64,000 bases of DNA from the NCBI GenBank assembly GCA_024704765.1, contig JAKMXF010000314.1:236630-300629 (forward strand). The letters are read 5' to 3'. The stretch's first letter is position 1. Every line of letters starts with the position of its first letter. Under the pieces are notes generated by a model, which was not told the DNA's origin, made no database searches, and worked only from the letters and a program-made list of their open reading frames with translations. The DNA comes from Oopsacas minuta (taxonomy: Eukaryota; Animalia; Porifera). A program made the translations under genes and the position numbers. Positions 1 through 12,627 of the stretch are shown piece after piece.

Positions 1-749
1 CTAATTAACGCTCAAGCAAAAATTAGACAGGTGTGAAATTTTGTCAATTTTTGCTCGAGAAATAGTATTCAGATGATGGTTACGAAGTAATGCCACTGCT
101 AGTGAGAGAGTAAGCTGAATGCAAATTGATCTTCGCAGCAGGTTAGGGATCATTTTGCCCAAGTCTGAATATATTATTCCCAATAATGTAGAAATTTCGC
201 AAACTTTACTCCGCTCTAATGATAAATTCTGGAATCTAGGGTAGAAAAAGAGCCACAAACAACATTCGTGAAAAAGAACAAAACAAGGTAGAAAACAATC
301 TAATTATTCCGGAATATAGTCAAAGAGATTTGCAAAGGTTTGTGTATTTAAAGATGACCAGCCACAAGTTTAGGCGAGGAGACCCTATACAATTCGTAGA
401 AGGATGTATGCCATGTACTTTAGTTTGCATTGATCATGTTCTTCTGTATGACTAAACTGATGTGCTGAGGTACACAAACAGAGCACACAGGGAAGAAAAT
501 ACACAATGATAATCCACTCAAAATATGGCAACACTGCAATAGAGTATATAAAGAGAGTGGTTCGAATCTGGCATATTCACTTGACTTATACCCTGTGGAT
601 AAGGGTAATTCATAAACTAAAAGAATACCAAGAGTAAGATCTTCCCCAAGCAATGAGGAGTAAATTCAGCGGTTTGTGACGGATGAGAAAGTCCCCCCTG
701 ATAATAGTGGCACAGAAAGGAGAAAATGTAATGCATATTCTTTAAAATT

Positions 750-1185
750 CGCTACAATGTGAAATTGAGTAGATTTAAGCAATGGAAAAATTGTAGTTTG
801 TGGCATACTCAGAACATATCGTACGACAATTTTATAATCATTTCAAGAAGTGCCGATATGAAAAACGACTAGACACGTAGCAGCTACAACGTCAAAACAG
901 AAAGACATTTAAAAGAATTTGGATGGACCATGGATACTAAATTTTTGAATTTAGTATCCATGTCTATCCAAATTACTTTAATTGTCTTTCTGTCTTGGCA
1001 CAATAATTTAAAAAACTCAAGGGACAAGGTGCCAGATATATACTGTCGGGCAGAGACCAAAATAAATAAAAATAGTAATTTTATACTTAAGCCGAATCGA
1101 TGCACAAGTCTCAATTATATAGCCGCGAGTAGTGCAGTGACCTAGAAAGCGAAGTAAGCTAGTGGAAGCATTCAAATAGAAGCGT
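750..1185 (-). repeat. Copy of dispersed non-autonomous family (DINE-1/Lep1-like), containing an internal inverted duplication
   Basis: Shares the TATCCATGGTCCATCCAAATT core and a 5'-end-like CACTAGC motif with the copies at 24085, 38815, 52200 and 57280. Boundaries are approximate. Confidence 0.5.
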
Positions 1186-1959
1186 ATCGAATATCAAATT
1201 CATAATACTTGTAAACTGCTAATTCCGGCCACTGTGAGAAATAACTATATGATAAATACATAGGTATTCAAGTGCAAGATATCAAGTGATGCAAACATTT
1301 TTATGACCTAATACGAAATAATGGCGGTATTAACAAAAGTAGGGTTCTGCAAAAATCATATATAATTGTCTGATAATAATCAAAATATAATGAAATTCGC
1401 AAATTTGGTAGTCAAATAGGAATATACAAGAAAACTTGTAGTATATTCCGTTGTTGAGAAAATGCAACGTATTTCAAAATTGATGCAATCACCAATTTCT
1501 TTGAAGTTGAGATTATAGCAAAAGATTCGAATGCCTCATTTTCATAAATATTTAAGTTTCATATTTAAAGAACAGAAATAAGAATTTGGATGTCCTCTGC
1601 ACAGTGGTTTATGGCAGGAAATAGACCAAAAACTTACATCTTCGACTAGCAAATATATATTTGTAATGGAATATAGAATATTTATTAGTTAAATGTGAGA
1701 TTATTGAGCTGATCCAAAGTCTATAGCATTGATTAATCAACATAAATTGAAAATAAATTTGAAAAAAAATCAAGATTTGTACATTCCAAAATAAAGCAGA
1801 ATCACAATTCTTAGACTATTTACTTTCCAAAATGTAATAACTTAGATACTTTTGGCCAATTTGAGTAGCAAAAATCCAGTAATAATATTCTATTGATCGA
1901 TTCATGATATAATCTGGATCAAATTATGTTAATCACCAGAAAATATGCTTGCTTGTAAC

Positions 1960-2680
1960 TCACAGCCTACGAAACTATAGCCTATTCACGGTATTTAATA
2001 ATGGATTACTTCTAGTCGAAAAAGTTGGACTAGTAGTTATATTTTAACTGATAAAAACAGGTACATTTTGGCTCGAATAAATCTATCATTGATAGTTAAT
2101 AATTTCAAAAACCATATTATCAACTTTTATCTGTTTGAAATGACGACTCATCTGTTGGGATAAAAGGGAACTATGTTGTTAAAAATACAGTACGTTTAAA
2201 GCTTTGAAAAAGGATCACTAGTGTGTATTCCATTCCAGAATTGAAATCTAGTAATACAAGGATGTTTACAAATAAAATTTTTGTGGTTATAAAGTTGGCA
2301 CGTAACAGAGATGTACAAGATACCATGGATGGTACTCATTTGATAAAATCCTCCAATAACTCTATAGTTATTACAAAATAAATCAAACCCAAATGTACTA
2401 AATACCCAACTTCCCATACTCTTGTAATACATTTTGATACGATATCCCAAAACCGTGTGACACAATCGTGAATATGCCCATATTGGTAATTATCAAGATT
2501 ACACAATAGTGTTTCCAGATATTGTCTGAAAATATAATACAAGTGTATGGGAAGTTTGTATATGGCTTATATTAGCTGAACTGATCTGGATCTAACTCTA
2601 GTCACTATCGAATTAAATGAGGATATTGGCCAAACATATGTTGACCATGAACAGGATATAGTTTCGTAGGCTGTGCATGT
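1960..2680. mobile_element. Degenerate foldback (long inverted-repeat) non-autonomous element
   Basis: CACAGCCTACGAAACTATAGCCTATTCACGG (~1962) pairs with CCATGAACAGGATATAGTTTCGTAGGCTGTG (~2645). CTTCCCATACTCTTGTAATACA (~2410) pairs with TAATACAAGTGTATGGGAAG (~2535). The same core occurs in the 22490-23545 foldback. Confidence 0.55.
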
Positions 2681-3299
2681 AACACATTTGATGCCGAAAA
2701 TCAGATTACCACAAATTCAGATCTTAATATATTGTCAACTTTAATTGATTGTAGAGGAATATGTAATATAAAGCTTTCGAAACAGTGAGCAACAGTAAAT
2801 TTTGTTGAATTCCATACTCTTTTGGTTGTTAAGGGCTTTGAATTTCTATAATCGAAATCGTAGAACTGCCCTAGATTAATTTAGCAATATTATATGCAGA
2901 TATGAATATTTCAACTTACACATTAAGTCTTCTTATCCACAACAAAGGTATTCTAACTTATCAGCTAGTATTATTCCAAAAAAGGCAGGATAAACAAACA
3001 TAATTTTGAATAAAGTAATATAAAGAGGGAAATCTGTGAGCTTTAATATACCTAGCTATATTTGAGCTTAAAGTTGGGGCATAGCCAGTGTTTTCTTCCT
3101 GGGAGGAGCCACCAGTGGTAGATCCGGGAATTTAAGGTGGGGGAAAACCCATTAATACTACCAAGACAGATAATCGCCTATTTTCAGGCAATTATGTGTC
3201 TTGGTACTAATAAGTGCTGCAGAGTTTTGCAAGTGTACACAATTCACTCTCTTGTAAAGTCGAAAATGGATCAAGCAAAAATTCAATGCTGTCTGAAGT

Positions 3300-4690
3300 A
3301 CACCGAATTCGGATAAACGATACTTAATATTGTGTTTTAGTTGCTCAATAAATAGAATCGATGTTTGCAGGATGTCTTTATTCGAATCCGATAGAGTTGC
3401 TTGGTATTTACGATAAGGAGAATGTAAACATTTTTGGGATATCGATCTGAAAGCAAAAGATACAATATAATTTCAAATCCTACTAAACTTTCAATTTAAA
3501 TTACAGGTGTTTTACCTCTTGAAATTCAATGTATTGAAACGGAAATGTATCGTATAAAAACGCAACTTCAATCATAAACATATCATCTAAGATTTTGAGA
3601 AATTCTTCTGCTTTTCTATTGGTATTGATAGAGTAATTGCAAATTTGTATTCTGGAAAATTGAAAAATCTTTACAGAAATTTACCAATACTTAACCATAG
3701 AATCTCATTGTGAATTAGAAGATCATCAAATTCAGAGAATGTTTCTGCCAGTAATTGGCGAAAAAGCCTGGCTGTAACTTGAATTGCGCTTGATAAAATT
3801 GATAATTTTAAAACATGCTGAATTATTGCTTTAGATGTCCATCTAGACGAGCACACAAACATATTGATGAATGATTGAATGGCTAACATATTCTGGGCCA
3901 CTTCTGCTAGTCGGGCTTTCAACTCATTATTCTTTCCGAAAATTGATGGTGCTCCATCTGTAACTAATAGACAAAGTTTCTTAAGCTCGATATTGTTAGT
4001 CGTAAAAGCGTAGAATGCTTTCAAAAATAAGTTCTCCAGTTGTATACGTCTCCAATGGGAGCAACCTAACAGTTCTTCTCGAAAAGTACACTCATGAAAT
4101 TACCTTAAGAACAATGATAGCTGTGCTATGTCTGTTCTATCAGTGGGCTAACCAAGAGCTAGTGAAAAGTATTCAACTTTATGCAAGCCTGCAATGACTA
4201 CTTCTTGTCCAAGATCATGAATTCTACCCATAATTGTTATGTCTGATAAAGGAATCTGCTTTACGAAATCCACTAAGCTTGGTTTTACCTATTTTTCAGT
4301 TACTATTTCTTCTGAACTACCATTATAAACTCTTTCAAAATATCTGAATTAAAGAATGGTTTCGTATTACGTGCCAATATCCATGCAACTCGATAAGATG
4401 TCGCAGAAATTTTTTCCAGTTTTGAAGTACATTTTGTCGTCATCACTTACCCTCTGAAAAGAGAATTTGTTGGCGAATCATATTTACTTTGCTTAGAAGA
4501 CGATTTTACAGGATATAAATGGTTAAAGCTCAGATTTCTGGTTTCAAAACGCCTCTAAATTTATATCTCTTCACAATTGACAAAGCTTCGTAAAATATCA
4601 ACCAAATTGGTTCCTTTCGTCGGGTGTCATTATAAATAAATACAGATATGTCCATTCAGGGTTAAATGCTTGATTGTTTCTTGCGTGTTT
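3300..4690 (-). pseudogene. Degenerate hAT transposase (GTF2IRD2/EPM2AIP1/SPIN-like)
   Basis: ORF 3671-4024 has LVTDGAPSIFGKNN and FSEFDDLLIHNEILWLSIGKFL, matching the family motifs TDGAP and LLLHNxVRWLSxG. Many stops and frameshifts. Confidence 0.8.
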
Positions 4691-5530
4691 TATTGCCATC
4701 AATTATAAAATAGAAATTTATGCTAAAGAGAGATGGGTTTACTTATTTATAAATATAAACTCGAGGAGTATTATAGGGGTAAAATAATAGCTATATCTAC
4801 ATACATCTCTGAATCAACTTTATAAAATCTAACACTACATATGGTTCCCTGTGCCCCACCACCGAATGAAAGAGCTGGATACGATACTACAATATAATAT
4901 TTGTGATGAAAATTAGTTTAGTGGAAATATACTGCAAAAATATACTGTTGCATATATTATATACAATAATATTTCTGTACTGCCTGCTTGGCCCTCTGGA
5001 TTGTTTAGTCGATAAAATTTGGCCCATGGGCAAATATTCTTTAAGACTCCTGTAGTTAATATATATTGGTTATGATAATTCGACCATAAATGCAACTATT
5101 ATCTAGTCAAAAGAGGTTATCCAAAAACATGTGCTATCCATGGTCTATATCAAAACTCAGAAAAGTGGGCACTAATCATAACAACATGTGTATCTTTCTA
5201 GATAAACGGTTTTAGATCATTTGGTATTTCAAATTCTGAAAAAGATGAAAATAACTTAACCTCCAAATGGTCTGTTGTATGATATTTTGAGGCACTGTAT
5301 TATAGTACCATGGATATTCAATATCTATAATATTTTGAGGCAGTTGGAATCCATAGAAATTTGTGCGATTAATTTAGTTCCAGTTTGACTTGATGATAAT
5401 CTCAGTTATTACCAGATGTATATGAAGGTCTTTAGTTTTCATCTAAAATACAACCTTTTTTCAAAATGTATATATCTGACTTTCTATTATATTTATTTAT
5501 TAGCTACGACTTTTTTTGCGAAATTTTTGC

Positions 5531-6325
5531 ATGGAGGCAAAAGAATACGACAATATTGTTAAGTTCCTGCAGGATGGCTCCATTCTGCAGCAACTATCAA
5601 CATCAAAGGCCAGATGGAACTTTAAGCGGAAAGCGATAAAATTCTCCATCGAAGCAGAAACACTTTACAAGAGGTAAATTCAAGATTTTGATATTGAATA
5701 CAATCATTATTCGATTGATAAATACTTATGCCTGACTTATACATATCTCGCGGAGGAATAAGGAAGTTCATTAATATAGCGGCTCTAACAACTCTTTTGA
5801 ATTTAACTAATCTCATGAATTCAACAATTGCATTGAAGATATGTTCCTTGAGAGTAAGTAATAAAAATTCGAAATTATTTTCTAGACAGTCAATATTGAT
5901 GGCAACCTTTCCCAGGTTAAAATTCCAAGGAGAGAACAATTAGCAGAGGTGCTTCATATGTTCCATGACCAGGTTGGTCATCCTGGAATGAATGCTACTT
6001 CTACTGCCATTCAAAAACATTACATGTGGAAGGGAATGCACGTGGAAATCATTGAATATGTAAGTATATTGTACATCAGACCAATATTACCTCATTTCAT
6101 ACTAACTACCGTTTCTTTTAAAGGTGAAAACGTGCGATGTATGTCAGCAGACTGCCTCATTGCCACCACAACCACAAAAGAAATTACACCCGATTCCACC
6201 TCCTGACCATCCCTGGGTGCATATAGGCATGGACCTTGTGTGTGATCTTCCTATGACTACGGAAGGGTATAAACATAAATTAGTAACTGTTTGTTACCTA
6301 AGCAAATATGTTCTGACAAGAGAAA
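5531..6325 (+). pseudogene. Intron-containing Ginger integrase, 5' part (H2C2 zinc finger and start of the DDE core), truncated
   Basis: Exon 5531-5673 reads MEAKEYDNIVKFLQDG...NFKRKAIKFSIEAETLYK. Exon ~5885-6059 reads ...EVLHMFHDQVGHPGMNATSTAIQKHYMWKGMHVEIIEY. A GTAAGT...TTTAAAG intron at 6060-6123 is phase 0. The next exon reads VKTCDVCQ...PWVHIGMDLVCDLP...CYLSKYV. Homology is lost after ~6325. The first intron is one base out of phase. Confidence 0.82.
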
Positions 6326-6541
6326 GTAAACCAAGTTATTTCTTGGAAATTAATGAGAGCCAACGTACTGAATGAAGAAGCAATCTACGTAAAGAATTTT
6401 GATTTACATTTTGAGCCAGTAACTTCACTGGTAAACAACCCTACACCAACCTTTGGAGTCTTCGTTGACCAAATTACTCTTGATTTCGATTAGCCTTTCC
6501 ATTTATGAGACTCGACTCCTTCTACGTACCGTTGTGTAGGA

Positions 6542-6544
<3 letters not shown>

Positions 6545-6590
<46 letters not shown>
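6545..6590. repeat. (GT)23 microsatellite inside the Ginger element
   Basis: Read directly from the sequence. Confidence 0.98.
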
Positions 6591-6592
<2 letters not shown>

Positions 6593-6979
6593 ATTATATA
6601 TGAACTTGATTATCGATTAGTAAATTTATATTATTGATTCAAATAGGTTGGGGATGGAAATACCTAAAATAATGGAAAAAGAGGAGTTAGTAATCCGAGG
6701 TGTAATAATATACATCTGGTAATAACTGAGATTATCATCAAGTCAAACTGGAACTAAATTAATCGCACAAATTTCTATGGATTCCAACTGCCTCAAAATA
6801 TTATAGTGCCTCAAAATATCATACAACAGGTCTAAAAAAATGGAGCGATAATAAATATATTCCTGTGAAAATGGACCCGTTTCATTCTATCGGTGATTAG
6901 AGAATTATCCTCCTGTAGGCACACCATAGCAACTACGCAAGTTTTTGATATTAATCTCGCTACTAGGTACCTTGATTAA

Positions 6980-7190
6980 TATAAAATTATCACATGTTAA
7001 ATTTGAGAAATTTTCATTTTGCCGCGGAGAAATTTGGAATATCGAGGGGTACCTGTGATTCAATTTTAACCATCAAACATCAATATTGGCTGAGTAGTGG
7101 CCAAAAAAAATGTGATTTTGAAAAAGTATAGAAGTTGATAATTGTGTCATAATTTCGTCATAGTTGTGAATTCTCGCCTAAGTCACAGAA
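6980..7190 (+). repeat. Partial copy of the DINE/Lep1-like dispersed family
   Basis: GAGGGGTACCTGTGATTCAA and GTCATAATTTCGTCATAGTTGTGAATT match the copies at 24400-24520 and 52580-52720. Confidence 0.55.
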
Positions 7191-10100
7191 ACTTTTAATC
7201 GGTAAAGTCACTAACTGGCTGAAACTCCAATGCAGATTATGATTAGGATAGGTATAACATCCCTGATCACTAAGACGATAAGGAAAATTCACTTGGCTAA
7301 GAGGGGCATACCATCCAAAATCAGGGGAGTAGTGAGATCTCCCGAAATAACAAGGGGATCTCCCTGACCCTACGACTTTCGGTGTCTATTGTCTGTGGCT
7401 ATAGTTGCATGATATTATTAGCTATGAACAACGAGCAAAGAGCATGTGATATTCACCTAAGGTAAATGAGTTACAAAGTATTCATATGTGTACTCGCAAT
7501 AATTTTCGGATCTGTTGGTATCAACCACTAAATCACAAACATAGATAATTTGAAACTCTCATGCACACTGGAATGAATTCTTTTCAAAGTATCATGGAAT
7601 TCTGAAGCAGTTCCAGAGTTTACCAAGGAAAATAATTTTTTTCATGCAGAAACATGACGTGTAATATTTCAATTGGATGTTGTATCGTCTAAACTCCCAC
7701 GTTCACCTATCTTTATCTCAGTATTTACCATCAACAAACTGGTAGTAAATTCATGGATTTGTGTAGCTGAAGAGACGATGAAGTAGATTACAGAATTCAA
7801 AGATTGAAAATGGTAATTTAGGATTATAGGCCACCTGAAAATACACTATAAGCATATAGTGGTGATGAATAAATGATGTTAATATCAGAAATAGTTTCAT
7901 GAGCCAATCTGAAACGATGTTCCAATATTAGGGACAGAGAAAAATTTTTGTTTACACTATTAAACAATTATTTAGCATAAGAAATAGCGGATAAAAGGAA
8001 TGCATCTCTGATTAGTAAACATCGTGAAGCTGCTTGGGAATAGGAGTGTAAGAGTGACAGTGAATTTCACCTGCATATGATGAAATCCCTGGCACTGCCA
8101 TTTAACGGTCAACAAGCTCTTTAGAAATTTCACTTCATAAAAATTGTGCAAGGTGTATTCCATTCTATTAGATTTCAAAAACGAAAGGATTAAATATATA
8201 TCAAGAAAAAATCTGGCACTTTCTTCACTTTTCATTTGCAGTTGGCAAAGTCACGGGCCTGATCTCAAAACATGACTTCGGTGTTTGGTTCACCCAAATA
8301 GAACTTCTGTTACAATAGAATAGAAGGAGATCTAAAGACAAGATTAAAAACGGAAATCTGAAGTATCTTGGAGGTGATTGTAATATTAGTGGGTACAGAG
8401 CCTCAAACCATCTGATGATGTAAAGATCAGTAGAAATTGAATATCATGATATGAGGAAAGTGCCTCGAGAATTCTAGAAATCGTAACGAAATTCTATAAC
8501 TTTGATTATTTCGTTCAAATCTTTTTCGTGCCATATATATTTATCGTGAAGATTTTCGCGAACTCGAAATCTTTGTCTATATTTTCCAGTTATGTATTCC
8601 TGAATATACAATGGCAGTCGCAGTTCTACCACCGATCTATTGTACTGGGCAACAATTTCCGGTATTTACAATACCATACAAATTTGCTTCGGTCTTTCAA
8701 CCGAAAAGATGTTGCTTCTCAAAACTGCTTACGTATGTTCCCAAGATTTCAGTCATGGAGAGATTGAGTATACAAATCGAGTACCCAATGGAAATTACAC
8801 ATATCGAGACGCCCAGTTTACTATTCCACATACTCTATGGAGAATCACCTTGGTGTCCCTTCTCAAATGCACGATGAACACTCCCTAGATAAGAATCTAA
8901 GTCTGATATCAAAAACTGAAGAGAGTAAGAAGTTTTTGATACCAAGCAGAGTTATCATTCTTTCTACGTATTTCTAAATCTTTGTTTTCTTAAATCACAT
9001 ACTCTGATAATTATGGGCCACACTCAGTGGCGGAGCTAGCTCTCAGGGAGTGATGCGGCTGAGCTGCGCTGCAAAATAATCTTGTTGGGCTGAACGTTTG
9101 AAATGAAATTATCTAAGCAAATAAAAATATGATTTAGCTAACCATTGTACAACAATGCACGAATTACCAATATATTATAATAGTTGTCATTGAAGAAGAT
9201 GCAGAAGAACTCGGGAAACAAAAATTGTATGTACTACGCATTATCTGAATCTTACTATACAATTAAAAAAGAATCTATAATCCGTTGGAAAATTAGACGT
9301 GAGGATCTGACTAAATGGTGGAAATAGTAGAAAATGAAAAGGTCAGCCTGTGAGATTCGAGTTCATTTCAGATTTTAATCAACAACCCCGCTCCGACAAC
9401 GAAATTTGGCATTCTCCCCAATCTCTCTCATGGTGCAATTGATTTGAGAAGCATATTCAATTTTGGTAAGAATACTGAGCCGCATATATCAAGTGAATGA
9501 TAGCGATGAGAGAGATTGAGAAGATTGCAAATTTAAGTAGTTGGGGAAATGGGAAAATTAACTATAATCCGACAAACTGATCCTTATCAGAGATTTATGA
9601 TCAATGTTAAACATTTGATGGTTTTCATTTGCGCCTGTTCAGGTGGCCCTATCAAATTCCGCCAGGATCCACCATTCAATATTTTCCCACATTTCCAACA
9701 CTTTCCGCAATTCCTTTCAACAAATTCAGAAATTGTACATCCTCCACCGTTCAGCCAGACCCATAAGTTCTACCAGTGTGTACGTCTTAAGCCAAATTAC
9801 TATAGTATTTAGGTTAGAATATCGCATCAAGAATGATATAAAATGTAATAAAATCCAATAATCTAAATACTTTAAAACTGGTTTAAGATTGAAATACATT
9901 TCTAAATATTTCTAAGTTTGTCTCTTCTAAGCACCCTTCAATGGGTGGGGCTCTAACACCTTCTGGCCCCATCTCTAGCACCGAACCTGGCCACACTACT
10001 TCAGATAACAAATATATTATAGCGGCGTAAAATTTCGTATTTAGGGAGCCGCAAAATCATCAAACTTCCACAATTACTTTTGTATCTATGTTTACTAAAT

Positions 10101-11185
10101 ATTCTTCCAGGACCATTTTGATTTCCGAATTATATTTAACTAAATAAAGGCTTTTCGGTAATGTAATCCAAAGCACAATATAGCAAATACATATTAGAAT
10201 TGGTGAAAGATAAACTTAAAATATTCAAATAATAACAACCAATAGATGCAAGAGACAGAATCATTTTTGGTGGAATTTCATCCAACGAATTTGTTGAACG
10301 AACATTGAAAAACCTGTCTTCTCGTAGTTTGAATCTGTCATTAGATATAGGTTGATATGCTTGCAGCGATTCTTCAATACATCGAATAACTGTGCAGGAC
10401 ACATCATCAACATTAAAAGTGTTTCAGATTCGATTTCTGGCCATTGCTGATATATATATTCAATGTCGAACGACTAAGAATTAGTCATAGTTCTAGAATT
10501 CATGCCCAAAATGTTTGAACATGAAATAGATATTTCCTTTATTGATGAGGTCCATCACTTTTTGAAAATTTAACAATTAACAAGTTAGTTGGTCTAAATA
10601 TACCTGGATTAGTAATTAGAGACATTCAATAATCGTAATGGCTGATATGACACTACCAGTAAAATGTTGGGGAGTCACAGCGTTCCCCCTATTCCTACGT
10701 CCCTGATATATTACAGTTGATCTATAATTGTTAGTAGAAACTTATCTGCCAGTAAAATCATACCATAGAGGTGAAATTTTCTGAGTTGGTAAAACCAAAG
10801 AGCGATTGTAGGTCAAACTATTAGTATATTGCATTTGCACAAAATTACGATTATCAGGTCAAAAAATACCTATGATCAGTTAGAAAACGAATTGCACGAT
10901 TGCTCAATATTTCTTAAGTTAAGCTATATTAGTTGATAGCTTCAGATAGCCTCGCTTGGGAGTATATCATAATAATCAGACGACTGTTCAAGCCTGAACT
11001 AAATTTTGTGTAAAGTATGACAAATATCATTTTACATGTTACAATTATCTACCAATAATGCATTGCCTCTTCATTTCAGTACGATGGAGAAATTGTATTC
11101 GTCATAGGAGTTAATAATAAACTTCTGATAACGTAAACTTTCTAACCCAATACCATTCCCTAAATCAAATGTAATAATCCTTATT

Positions 11186-11296
11186 CAGTGGCTCTCAACC
11201 TTCGCGCCTTGCGAACCCCTGTTATTAATCACTTTGAAAGTCTTTAGGGCAGCTGACCCCCTTAGGTGGTCGCGGACCCCAGGATGAGAAGTATTG
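11186..11296. mobile_element. Small hAT (Buster/Charlie-type) MITE
   Basis: Left end CAGTGGCTCTCAACCTT. Right end GGACCCCAGGATGAGAAGTATTG is a degenerate inverted copy of the hAT terminus. The TSD is only partly conserved. Confidence 0.55.
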
Positions 11297-12627
11297 TCCG
11301 AATGGATGAATACATGGTAAATCAAAACCGCAATAATGTATTAGCTTTATTTTACCCTCAGTAGTATACCAATTGAATAGCAATTGTAAGGAGCTGATTT
11401 GATGTAAATATTTGTTCTTGTTATCCCCAAATTCGTATCAACTTTTATAAGGGTAGTTATACAGGTAACTTTGAGTACGTTCCTAGCGCTCCTCCTCTCA
11501 AAACGTCAAATTCAGCCTGTTAGTGTTTAGTATAAGTCAGATCCTAATATTCTATGCTCATAAAATAAAATTCCGATAATACGCATGGATGAGCTTCCAG
11601 CATCCAGTGCTTCAAGATATTCCTTTGCATATATAGAAGTCGTTGAGAGTAAATATCTACTATTACTTCCAGTTTGCAATTTCATATTCAGAAAAATAAC
11701 AATAAATTTAAAAATTCGAAACTTGAAAATGGGACATTTGGATTCACGCATCTTTCATGCCCCAATATACACGCTGAGCAATTATTTACCAATAGTTTTA
11801 GATTAATAAATTTCAATACTGCATTGTTTATATCCATAAATAACTCAATAAAATAAATGTAGATATGGTTAATTAAAAGTGCTTAAATTAAACTCAACAT
11901 ATTCAAAAGTAAACCTCCGTTATAAGAAAGAGGGATATATCCAAACTCCGTTTGAAGAGAGTGATTCCTAACCCAAGTTAATGTATTTTACTTCTTTGAC
12001 AAGGAAAAACAGAATTAACGAAATGAAACTGAAGTCTCTATAACTTCAGTTTAAAGAAAGCTTACTGGAAATGGGATTAAAATGTACAAAAATGATAGGA
12101 TATAATATTGAAATGCGGCCAGCTGAAAGTGTTAAACTATTGAATACGGCCCTCAAACTCAGAAGCTTGCGGACTCCCGCCTAAGTGTACAAGCATAGAA
12201 TCGTTTCTGCAAAAAAGTGCCAAATCAGAATTTATGCACATTGACCCCTCGTTCCAACGAATACATCTTGAGTGAATTAAAAACAGCTCACTAATTTGAT
12301 CGAATAAAAAACTTTCACACCATAACAAATTTGTAATCACACAACAAATTGGATAATTTATCATAAACTATGCAAGTGTGAAGGTTGGAATAGGATGAAT
12401 TTACACGAACTAAAATTTATTAGTAAAGTGAATATTCGATTTTTGAATGCTCAAAAACCTCAGAAATCTCAAAATAACTGTCGCATCTTGATAAGAACTT
12501 TGCAAAGTTAGCAAAATATCTATAGACAAAAAGGTAAATCGATATCATTTTGAGCACTCTTAATTCAATCTTATGTGTAAATATACCAATCGATATAGAT
12601 ATTTCCTGCTAAAGAATAAGCGATATA

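Larger units (their letters stand above)
5273..6828 (+). mobile_element. Ginger1-type DNA transposon (Gypsy-integrase-like), internally deleted
   Basis: Termini TGTTGTATG...CATACAACA. Perfect 4-bp TSD GGTC at 5269-5272 and 6829-6832. Near-identical TIRs at 5273-5423 and 6708-6828; the left TIR has 30 extra bp. An integrase N-terminal part lies inside. Confidence 0.88.

Noticed and set aside
7560-8420. Possible Sola-like transposase remnant (MMKSLALP)
   Set aside because: Too degenerate, with no catalytic motif or TIR identified.
11527-11751. Minus ORF with GSSSMRIIGILFYEHRIL, loosely like JIP GFSFVRITALMVSCNRL
   Set aside because: No convincing splice sites, the intervening JIP exons are absent, and the following WVGTGNG motif is missing. 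Probably chance or a TE remnant.
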